Positions 40,234 through 48,623 of a stretch of DNA of 58,716 nucleotides are shown piece by piece. Origin of the DNA: Nitrospirae bacterium GWC2_57_13 (GTDB taxonomy: Bacteria; Nitrospirota; UBA9217); contig MHDZ01000066.1 in NCBI GenBank assembly GCA_001805055.1, forward strand, positions 4,904 through 63,619, in the 5' to 3' direction. The notes under the pieces were generated by a model that was not told where the DNA came from, made no database searches, and saw nothing but the letters and a program-made list of their open reading frames with translations. Position 1 is the first letter of the stretch, and every line of letters begins with the position of its first letter. The position numbers and the translations under genes were made by a program.

Positions 40234-40515
40234 TCAGTGTTTGTCTTCAAATATGAGAGCGCTGCCCTTCACAAGGGCCGCTGCCACTTTCCCGCGCGCC
40301 GCGGTCAGTATCCGCTGGACCGTCCCCCGGGACACGCCCATCCTGCCCCCGGCCTCTTCCTGGGTAAGGCCATCAAGATCGCACAGCTTCAGCGCTTCCA
40401 ACTCATCGCGGGACAGGGAAACATGGCCGATCTCCGCCAGAGGGATTCCCGTTGGCTTGAAGGCTTTCCCCCGGAACGGGCATCCGCATTTTCTCGGCTT
40501 CTTAGTTCTCGGCAC
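40234..40515 (-). CDS. DUF134 HTH DNA-binding protein
   Basis: MPRTKKPR, FKPTG, ELEALKLCD, QEEAGGRMGVSRGT; GTG start. Confidence 0.85.
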   Translation of the reverse strand: MPRTKKPRKCGCPFRGKAFKPTGIPLAEIGHVSLSRDELEALKLCDLDGLTQEEAGGRMGVSRGTVQRILTAARGKVAAALVKGSALIFEDKH

Positions 40516-40726
40516 CGCAGCTCCCCCCGCTCATTCTGTGCATATGCACAAAATGATACCCGGGAACGGCGCCGGCGTCAAGCACTTTTACTTGTTTCTA
40601 TGTGGAGGAAGGACCGGACGGCCTTACAACGCAAGGCCATCCAAACGCTGTTTGTGAGTCCCCTGCGGCAGTCACGCTCTGGCGTGATTGCCCCACTTAG
40701 CGGGACGGCCGCAGAGTGAAAGAAAC

Positions 40727-41569
40727 CTACAGCTTCCGGTCAAGAAGCGACGCAAGCCTGGACAGATGCTGCTTCTCCTCGAGCATCAACATTGAGAAGA
40801 CATCCCTGGCCTTTGCGTTCTCTCCCATGTTCCGGTCCATCTTGATGTACAGGTCGTAGGCATTCGCCTCGAGTGAAATGGCGAGCTCCAGCACGTCGCG
40901 GACGCCCTTGCCCTTTGCCCACGACAATCCTTCGGTCACGCTCATGCCGCCTTCCATGATATCCTCTGACGTCCCGTTCGGAATCAGAGCACGATGAAAA
41001 TCCGCCTTTGCTTCCTTGCCGGACAGCTTTGTGTAAAGATTGGCAAGGGACTCCTCATGGTGCTTCTCGGCCGTTGCCAGATCTCCGAAGAGCTTCTGTG
41101 CTTCCTTATCATCAACCGATCCGGACAGTTCCGCGTAGAACCGGCGCGACCCTTCCTCCAGAAGCCACGCAAGAGCCAGCAGGACCTCCGGGCTCGCACC
41201 ATCGGGGAAATGGGCCATGCCCGTCTCGGGCGGACCAGCAGCTCTCAACCCCTCCCAGGCATTGATCCCGCCCTCCATGCTGGAGACGTTCGTGAAACCC
41301 AGGGTCGCGAGCATTGACGCAGCAGCACGGCTGCGCATACCTGATGCTCAATAAGCGATGGTGGGCTTGTTCAGATCAAGCTCCTTGTGCCGGTCGGGAA
41401 TGTCATTCACCGGAATGAGCCGGGCGCCGGGCAGATGGCCCCGCTCGTATTCCTTTGGCTGTCGGACATCAACGAGATTATATTCATCGGGCTTTTTCTT
41501 CCCGATGAAGGCCCGCACATCCTCGGCCGTCATGGTCTCGACTGGCTTGAAATAATCGGCAACTCCCAT
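40727..41569 (-). CDS. rhodanese-ferritin-like fusion selenoprotein (Sec at rhodanese active site), 280 aa
   Basis: ORFs 41348-41614 and 40727-41338 share a frame, joined by TGA 41348-41350, giving IAY-U-ASGMRS (rhodanese YCxxGxRS loop). DVRQPKEYERGHLPGA; C-terminal EKHH/EKQH diiron motifs. Confidence 0.85.
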
Positions 41570-41787
41570 TGAACACCTCCTGATCCGGTCAAGCCTGCCT
41601 GTGCGTGCCCGCACGCGGACAGGCCGGAATTGGAAATTGTAAATTGCAAATGTATAAATGCGACACTACGAAGATCGCGATAGAGTATATATTGATGCAA
41701 CGACGCCTCAGGCTCATAAAAGGGGAGTCCCCTTCAGTTCCAAAGGAACTGCCCCCGAGAAGGGCGACCATGGTCGCCCCTACGCCT

Positions 41788-42936
41788 TCACAAGCCTCCC
41801 TCAGGCTCGTCCAGTTCACCCGACACCTGGAAGGTGCGCATGAACCTTCTGTCTATGAAATCCTTCAGGCGGAAAGCCGGTTTCCCGTTCATCAGCAGGA
41901 AGCCTTTGCGCAGCATGCCGGTTCCATCTCCCATATTGAAGATGAGAAGATAGGTATAATGATACCGGCCGCGGACCCGAAAGGAACGCAAGACCCCGTC
42001 TTCCAGGGCTGCGAACAGATTGTGATGCAGGATAGGGTTCTGGCGCACGGCATAGACACCTACTTTTTCCAGATCATGCCCCACGAGGCTGATGCAGTCC
42101 CCTCCCCCGAATATCTCCGGATGCTTCGTACACTGGAGATGGGCGTTCACGAGCAGGCCACCGTCGTCACCCGTGGGAAGCCCCGATTCGCGGAACAACG
42201 GAGACGGCCGCGTGCCCATGGACGCGAACACGACATCAGCGTTAAGCTTCGTCCCATCGGTCAGGGTTACCGAGCCTTCTTCCACGGAACGGGCATAGGC
42301 GCCCTCCCGAACCTCCACGCCCGTCCGCGTCAGGCAGCACCGCACCCGCTCCCTGATCCTGCCGGCAAATCGGTGGAAGATCCGGCTGCCCACGACCAGC
42401 GTCACCCGCGCCTGCCCGTTGTTGTCGCGGACCAGCCGCATCACGTTCCCCGCGATCTCCACCCCTGCGGGTCCGCCACCGAGCACGACGATGTTCAGCG
42501 GTCTTCGCCGCATCTCTTGGATTATATAGGTGCGCGCATGCAGCAGGTTGATGATGGGCTTGACCGGGTAGATCCCGTTCTTTGCGGCTTCGAGGGACTC
42601 CAGCGGCACATCGCTCCCGGTGTTGAAGGAGACGACGTCGTAGGGCACCTCGCTGCCCGAGCGGAGGAACAGAACACGCTGGTTGGCATCGACCCGCACC
42701 ACGGCGTCCTGGATGAACTTCGCCCCCCGGTCTTCCACCATCTTCTTTACATGGAAGCGTATCTCCTGGGGCCGGTATATTCCCGACAGCATTCCGGGCC
42801 CCATACCGGAATAATACTGATAGGACGAGGGGCTGATCAGCGTTACGCGATGCCCGCGATCGACATACTCGCGGAGGTTGAGCATCACGGTCAAGTGGGC
42901 GTGTCCGCCGCCAACAAGGACAAGATGTCTGGCCAT
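41788..42936 (-). CDS. FAD-dependent pyridine nucleotide-disulfide oxidoreductase (NDH-2 / SelD-associated N-terminal domain-like)
   Basis: LVGGGHAH, YSGMGPG, GGGPAGVE, FGGGDC, KVGVYAVRQ, LKDFIDRRFM. Confidence 0.85.
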   Translation of the reverse strand: MARHLVLVGGGHAHLTVMLNLREYVDRGHRVTLISPSSYQYYSGMGPGMLSGIYRPQEIRFHVKKMVEDRGAKFIQDAVVRVDANQRVLFLRSGSEVPYDVVSFNTGSDVPLESLEAAKNGIYPVKPIINLLHARTYIIQEMRRRPLNIVVLGGGPAGVEIAGNVMRLVRDNNGQARVTLVVGSRIFHRFAGRIRERVRCCLTRTGVEVREGAYARSVEEGSVTLTDGTKLNADVVFASMGTRPSPLFRESGLPTGDDGGLLVNAHLQCTKHPEIFGGGDCISLVGHDLEKVGVYAVRQNPILHHNLFAALEDGVLRSFRVRGRYHYTYLLIFNMGDGTGMLRKGFLLMNGKPAFRLKDFIDRRFMRTFQVSGELDEPEGGL

Positions 42937-43041
42937 GGTGATTCTCCTTTACCGGCTGGACGCTCTATTGATAAGCGCCTGCCGCGTCATGCGGATAACA
43001 TAAGATGGAATTCGCTGCGAACGAACGTGCCGGTCCTGCGG

Positions 43042-43758
43042 TCAGCCGAGCAGGACGTCCACGAGAAGGAGTTCTGCATCATGCTGAGCTTTGACGGTGA
43101 TGCCCGGCTCGTTGCTGATCTTCGCGGCGGCCAGCGCTGGAAGATCCCTGCTGTTCATTGCAACAAGGCCGCCTTCCAGCACGTACAGGTAAACGCCGCG
43201 TCCGGGCTTGATGTGGTACTCAACCGCGTTCCCCGCCCTGAGGAAGCATGCGTGGACCTGAGCATCCGATACGATCCTGAGGGCTCCGGCGTGCTCGTTC
43301 GACACGAGCGGCAGGAAGCGGTCGGTCCGTTCCTCCCGTTCAACGGCCTTCTGCTCGACCGACGGATCGAGACCGTGTTCCGCAGGCAGGAACCACATCT
43401 GGATGAACCGCATGGGTTCATCAGGCCGGTCATTGATCTCCGAGTGCCACATGCCGCGGCCCACAGTGGTATGCTGCACCCAGCCCTTCTTGAGGATGCC
43501 GCCCTTGCCGTGCTCATCAGCGTGCCGGAACTGTCCGGATACGCAGTACGTCACAACTTCATTATGCCGATGCGGATGGAGCGGCCAGACCGCACCCGGG
43601 GAGATCGTGTCGTCATTGAAAACTCGAAGCATACCGAAGTGCATATGCTCAGGGTCCTCATAGTCACCGAAGGAAAAATGCCACCGGCCGCGGAACGTCC
43701 CCTTCTCGATCCGCCCTTCGATCTGATAGATACTTTCGGGAGGTCGTATGGTGATCAT
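43042..43758 (-). CDS. pirin family protein
   Basis: HFSFGDY, LRVFNDD, HPHRHNEVVTY, HSEIN, QMWFLP; start set at ATG 43758. Confidence 0.9.
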   Translation of the reverse strand: MITIRPPESIYQIEGRIEKGTFRGRWHFSFGDYEDPEHMHFGMLRVFNDDTISPGAVWPLHPHRHNEVVTYCVSGQFRHADEHGKGGILKKGWVQHTTVGRGMWHSEINDRPDEPMRFIQMWFLPAEHGLDPSVEQKAVEREERTDRFLPLVSNEHAGALRIVSDAQVHACFLRAGNAVEYHIKPGRGVYLYVLEGGLVAMNSRDLPALAAAKISNEPGITVKAQHDAELLLVDVLLG

Positions 43759-43957
43759 GGCAACACCTCTGCCGGACATCAAGCCGATACGGTTGGCTGT
43801 CTGTGCCTGCTTGACACATCCGCCTTTAGCAACCTTTTGCACACGCAACGCAGCGGGTGCTTTCTCCTCCGCCCCCCGCTGCCTTCTTATACTATGCTTT
43901 ACTGCTTCAGTGGGCAAGAATATTTTTTGCCGCTCCTGGAGGTGGTTGCCTGCGCCC

Positions 43958-44061
43958 GGTGGAGCCCCTCCCGCAGTCCCGCGAGGCGCGGGACGGGAGG
44001 CTCCCTTGAACAACGCGACATCCCGCAGCAACCCCGCTGGAGCGGGATTGCGGCCGCGGGG
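43958..44061 (+). repeat. dispersed structured intergenic element, copy 3 of 3
   Basis: GGTGGAGCCCC...AACAACGCGACATCCCGCAGCAACCCCGCTGGAGCGGGATTGCGGCCGCGGGG, about 20 nt upstream of the USP start. Confidence 0.85.
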
Positions 44062-44082
44062 TATCGGTGCTATGCTTTCTCT

Positions 44083-44928
44083 ATGAGGTATCAAAGGATA
44101 CTGACGGCGATAAATGAGCATGTCCAATCCGAGATCGCGGCTCGCTATGCCCTCCAATTCGCAGCCGCTGCCGGGGCCTGTCTTGATATCTGCTTCGTCG
44201 AGGAGCCAGGCCATCAGACTGAGCACGGGCAGATCGCCAGGGCCGCGGCAGAGCGGATGCAGAATCGTGCAAAGGCAGCGGGCGTCCCGTGCCGGCTCCT
44301 GTATGAACGGGGTGATCCGCTCACTGAGATCCGGCGGATCGTGAAGACCGATGTCGTAGACCTGGTCTTTGTGGCCACGCGGGGAGAGGATGTGAAGAGG
44401 CGGTTCTATACCGGCACAATGGCCCGTCGCCTGTCCCGGGGCCTTCCCTGCTCAGTAGCGCTCGTGCGCGTCGTGCATCTCGGAAGGATCCACCCGAAAG
44501 AGATCCTCGTACCGCTCAAATCGAGACTGTCACATGCAGCAGAACGGGCCGCTTTCATTGCCGTGCTCTCCCGGGCCTTTGATTCCCGGGTCCATCTCTT
44601 CCACGTCACCAGGCCGCTCAGGACCTTCTTCCATGGTGAAATGCATCTGACACCCCTTGAGTGGGACCAGCGTCTACCAGCCGACATCAGCCGTTTCATC
44701 GAAGAACTGAACCGCCGCAGAACGGCGCATGAAAGACGACTCGCGCCGGGAGTCGCAGGGCGCGTGATCAGTGTGGAAGCTGCTGTTCGACGTCACGACC
44801 TTATTGTAATGGGGGCAAGCGAACGGGGCCGCGCCGGCTCTCTGCTTCGGGGAAATCCCGTGGAACAGGTGCTGCGCGAGACCCCCTGCGACCTCATTGT
44901 TCTGAAACCCGTCCATGAAAATCAGTAA
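44083..44928 (+). CDS. tandem universal stress protein (USP)
   Basis: MRYQRILTAI...; DLIVMGAS...GNPVEQVLRETPCDLIV. This is the real part of ORF 41605-44928. Confidence 0.85.
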   Translation: MRYQRILTAINEHVQSEIAARYALQFAAAAGACLDICFVEEPGHQTEHGQIARAAAERMQNRAKAAGVPCRLLYERGDPLTEIRRIVKTDVVDLVFVATRGEDVKRRFYTGTMARRLSRGLPCSVALVRVVHLGRIHPKEILVPLKSRLSHAAERAAFIAVLSRAFDSRVHLFHVTRPLRTFFHGEMHLTPLEWDQRLPADISRFIEELNRRRTAHERRLAPGVAGRVISVEAAVRRHDLIVMGASERGRAGSLLRGNPVEQVLRETPCDLIVLKPVHENQ

Positions 44929-47563
44929 TCTAAAGCTTGACGAAATCTTCCACACGCTTGTCACTTCGGACCGGGGTCTGGATCGCGGAGAGGCTACGCG
45001 CCGCCTAGCCGAGTTCGGCCCGAACGGGATCGAGGAAACGAGAAGGAAACCGCTTCTTCTGAGGTTCGCCGGTCAGTTTACGCATTTCCTCGCCATTCTG
45101 CTCTGGATCGCCGCGGCACTCTCGCTCCTTTCGGAATACCTTCACCCCGGAGAAGGCATGGGGATGCTTGGAGCCGCCATCCTCACCGTGATCTTCCTGA
45201 ATGCCGGCTTCACCTTTTTTCAGGAATATCGTGCGGAGCGAGCGCTCGACGCGATGAAAAAAATGCTTCCCTTCCGCGTCAAAACGCTCCGCGATGGATT
45301 GGTATCAGAGGTTCCTGCGGCCGACATCGTGCCCGGCGACATCCTCCTGCTCGAAGAAGGAGACCGGGTCCCCGCCGATACCCGGATCATCGAGTGCACA
45401 TCGATGTCGGTCAGCAATGCACTTCTCACCGGTGAATCCGAGCCGGTCTCAAGAAGCTCCACCCCCTTCGACGGCGACATGCTCGCGAGCCCCAATATTG
45501 CCTTTGCCGGAACAACAGTGGTCGGCGGCTCAGGCCGCGGTGCGGTCTTTGCCACAGGCATGCGGACCGAGTTCGGACGGATCGCCCAGCTCACCGGCAC
45601 CGTGACACCGGGCCTGAGCCCCCTCCAGAAAGAGATCGTCAAGATCACGCGCATCATCGGCGCTATTGCGACGATCATGGGCCTGTTGTTCTTCATCATC
45701 GGGCAGTTCATCGGCAGGACCTTCTGGGACAACTTCCTCTTTGCCGTGGGCATCATCGTAGCGAACGTTCCCGAGGGACTTCTGCCCACCGTCACACTGT
45801 CTCTCGCCATGGCCAGCCGGCGCATGGCCCGCCGGAATGTCATCATCAAGACCCTCATCTCCGTCGAAACCCTGGGTTCCGTCTCTGTGATCTGCACGGA
45901 CAAGACGGGCACGCTCACAAAAAACATCATGATCGTGGCCGAAACGGCTTGCCTGGGAAACGACCCGCATGGCAACGACGAATGGCTGCACACGGTCGGC
46001 ATGCTTTGCAACAATGCGCGGGAGCTGGACGGGGAGATTCGGGGCGATCCCACCGAGATCGCCCTCCTCCGCGAAGCCCGAAGCGCACGCGTCCGGCACG
46101 GGGGGCTAAGGATCCGGGAATTTCCCTTTGATGCTGAACGAAAGCGCATGAGCACGATCACCACGGTCGATGGTGCACCAATGATGCTCACCAAGGGCGC
46201 CCCCGAGTCGGTGCTTGCGATATGCCGCGAATGCCGCATCGGGGGCCGGAATGTGACGTTTGACAACGCGCTCCGCTCCGAAGCCGATCGCCTGTACGGT
46301 ATGCTGATGGACCGCGGCCTGCGTGTGCTTGCATGCGCCATCCGGTCGATCGACAGTGCTGAGGCCGTTACAAACTCCGCAGCCGCGGAACGAGACCTCA
46401 CTTTTCTTGGATTCATCGGGTTGGAGGACCCGCCGCGGCCCGAAGTCGCCGCGGCCATCCGGAAATGCCGGGCAGGAGGGATCCGCATCATCATGATCAC
46501 CGGTGATGCCACGCGGACGGCGCTCGCCGTGGCGAAGCGGATAGGCCTGGTGCAGAAAGGCGCCGTCGCCATCGAAGGCGGAAACTTCGAGCGCATGTCG
46601 GACGGAGATCTCAGAACAGCGCTCTCGGAGGGGGAGGTGATCTTCAGCCGCATGACTCCCAAGCATAAACTGCGCGTCGTGAATATCTTGAAGGAGGAAG
46701 GTGAGCGGGTCGCCGTTACCGGCGATGGCGTAAACGATGCACCGGCCCTCAAGCGTGCAGATATTGGTATTGCCATGGGCCTCTCGGGGACGGATGTGGC
46801 CAGGGAGGCGGCGGATATGATCCTCCTCGACGACAACTTCGCCTCGATCGTGAACGCCATCGAGGAAGGCCGTGCGGTCTACGAGAACATCAGGAAGTTC
46901 ATCAGTTACATCTTTTCATCGAACATCCCTGAGATAGTTCCTTACCTCGCCTTCGTGCTGTTCAGAATACCGCTTCCGCTCACGATCATGCAGATCCTTG
47001 CCGTGGATATCGGTACGGATATGCTGCCCGCCCTGGCCCTCGGCGCGGAGAAACCATCGCCCGACCTCATGCAGCGGCCGCCTCGCAGCCCCCGTGAGCG
47101 GCTTCTGAACCTGCCGCTCCTAGCGCGGGCCTACCTGTTCCTCGGCCCCATCGAAGCAATGGCGGGCATGTTCGGGTTCTTCTTTATTCTCTCCACCGGC
47201 GGTTGGCAATGGGGAGATGTGCTCCCGGCCCACTCGACCCTCTACCTGCAGGCGACCACCGCGTGCCTTGCCGCGATCATCATTACTCAGGTGGCGAACA
47301 TCTTTGCATGCCGGTCATTCCGGGAATCGATCTTTACCCTTGGCTTTTTCTCGAACAAGATGATCTTCGCGGGAATACTGTCGGAGATCCTGATCCTGCT
47401 CTTCATTGTGTACACACCTGCCGGCAATGCGCTCTTCGGCACTGCCCCTATCTTCGGAAACGTGTGGTTCATCCTGGCCCTCTTCGCTCTGTCCCTCTTC
47501 GCTGCCGAAGAGATCAGAAAAGCCATCGCCCGCAGATACTGCTCCGGCGGAGCAGTCGAATAG
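44915..47563 (+). CDS. cation-transporting P-type ATPase (type II)
   Basis: LTGES, VANVPEGL, DKTGTLT, KGAPE, DPPR, TGDGVNDAPALK. Confidence 0.95.
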   Translation: MKISNLKLDEIFHTLVTSDRGLDRGEATRRLAEFGPNGIEETRRKPLLLRFAGQFTHFLAILLWIAAALSLLSEYLHPGEGMGMLGAAILTVIFLNAGFTFFQEYRAERALDAMKKMLPFRVKTLRDGLVSEVPAADIVPGDILLLEEGDRVPADTRIIECTSMSVSNALLTGESEPVSRSSTPFDGDMLASPNIAFAGTTVVGGSGRGAVFATGMRTEFGRIAQLTGTVTPGLSPLQKEIVKITRIIGAIATIMGLLFFIIGQFIGRTFWDNFLFAVGIIVANVPEGLLPTVTLSLAMASRRMARRNVIIKTLISVETLGSVSVICTDKTGTLTKNIMIVAETACLGNDPHGNDEWLHTVGMLCNNARELDGEIRGDPTEIALLREARSARVRHGGLRIREFPFDAERKRMSTITTVDGAPMMLTKGAPESVLAICRECRIGGRNVTFDNALRSEADRLYGMLMDRGLRVLACAIRSIDSAEAVTNSAAAERDLTFLGFIGLEDPPRPEVAAAIRKCRAGGIRIIMITGDATRTALAVAKRIGLVQKGAVAIEGGNFERMSDGDLRTALSEGEVIFSRMTPKHKLRVVNILKEEGERVAVTGDGVNDAPALKRADIGIAMGLSGTDVAREAADMILLDDNFASIVNAIEEGRAVYENIRKFISYIFSSNIPEIVPYLAFVLFRIPLPLTIMQILAVDIGTDMLPALALGAEKPSPDLMQRPPRSPRERLLNLPLLARAYLFLGPIEAMAGMFGFFFILSTGGWQWGDVLPAHSTLYLQATTACLAAIIITQVANIFACRSFRESIFTLGFFSNKMIFAGILSEILILLFIVYTPAGNALFGTAPIFGNVWFILALFALSLFAAEEIRKAIARRYCSGGAVE

Positions 47564-47789
47564 CGGCCTGCGACAAGTCATTCTTCGATCATCGTGACAG
47601 GCGCCGCACCATAAGGGTCGCGATGATGCATAAGACATCAGAACGAGTGGAATGCTGGTAAAAATAGTGAGGGTAAAATTTGGAAGTTTGCATGTTATTG
47701 CTTCTGTGCTATACTGAAAATTAAGAGCCCCCGATTCACGATCATCATCATATTAACAAATAAAACGACCACATCTAAGGAGGACAGCC

Positions 47790-48572
47790 ATGCTGATCAT
47801 CGCGGACAACCTGAACGTACGGAACAAGGCGTATATGGACGCCATCAAAAAGAAGGATAAAAAAGCGCTCGAGGCGATGGCAAAAGAGCTTGAGCAAAAG
47901 GGCGCTGAAGTGATCAACATCCAATGCTCGACGGACGGTTCGGGCGATGAGGAGAGCCTGCCGATGGTCGTCGAGGCCCTCCAGAAAGGAGCGGCCATCC
48001 CTCTCTCCCTGGATTCCCGCAATATCAAGGCGCTCAGAAGGGCCGTGCCGCTCTGCAAGGAGCCCCCGATCATCAACTATGTTTCGGCAGACGAGCAGAA
48101 TGCAGATGAGTTCTTTGTTCTTGCCAGGGAGTCGCGGTCGAACGTCGTCCTCCGGGCGCTCAAGGGAACAACGCCCTCGACCCTTGAGGCAAAGCTCATG
48201 GTACTTGAAGACCTCATCGAAAAGGCCAATGCAGCCGACGTGCCGAACGAGCGGCTGCTTGCGGACCCGTCGATCGTGCACATCGCCCGCGGCAGCGGGC
48301 AGGAGCACATCGTGAACGCCCATGAAAGCATTATTGTCCTGAACGAAATGGTTGACCCGCCGATCAATTCCGTGGTCTGGGTCGCCAACGCCACGTCGGG
48401 GCTGCCGAAAAAGATAAAATCACGCGTCGCCTCGTCGCTCCTGACCTATCTCGCCGGTGCAGGGCTGAATGCGGCGTTCGTTGATGTGATGGATGAGGAA
48501 CTGATGAAAGGGGTCTACCTGATCAAGGCCTTCCGGGACGATGTTATCTTCTCTCCTGCCGATCTTGCCTGA
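47790..48572 (+). CDS. pterin-binding TIM-barrel protein (methyltetrahydrofolate:corrinoid methyltransferase AcsE-like)
   Basis: MLIIADNLN, PLSLDS, IINYVS, LLADP, AGAGLNAAFVD; AGGAGG RBS. Confidence 0.7.
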   Translation: MLIIADNLNVRNKAYMDAIKKKDKKALEAMAKELEQKGAEVINIQCSTDGSGDEESLPMVVEALQKGAAIPLSLDSRNIKALRRAVPLCKEPPIINYVSADEQNADEFFVLARESRSNVVLRALKGTTPSTLEAKLMVLEDLIEKANAADVPNERLLADPSIVHIARGSGQEHIVNAHESIIVLNEMVDPPINSVVWVANATSGLPKKIKSRVASSLLTYLAGAGLNAAFVDVMDEELMKGVYLIKAFRDDVIFSPADLA

Positions 48573-48583
48573 AGAAGCCCAAT

Positions 48584-48608
48584 CGGGGAGCAGCTTCGCT
48601 GCTCCCCG
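48584..48608. terminator. hairpin between convergent genes (probable terminator)
   Basis: cggggagcagc-ttc-gctgctccccg perfect stem. Confidence 0.65.
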
Positions 48609-48623
48609 TGTATTCCCGAAATC

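Noticed and set aside
41605-44928. 1107-aa ORF on the + strand
   Set aside because: Mostly the antisense shadow of the FAD oxidoreductase and pirin genes; only 44083-44928 (USP) looks like real protein.
45220-46860. 546-aa antisense ORF (and similar ORFs such as 13736-14605, 20055-21119, 26161-27120, 28117-29226)
   Set aside because: Shadow frames of well-supported genes in GC-rich DNA; no motifs.
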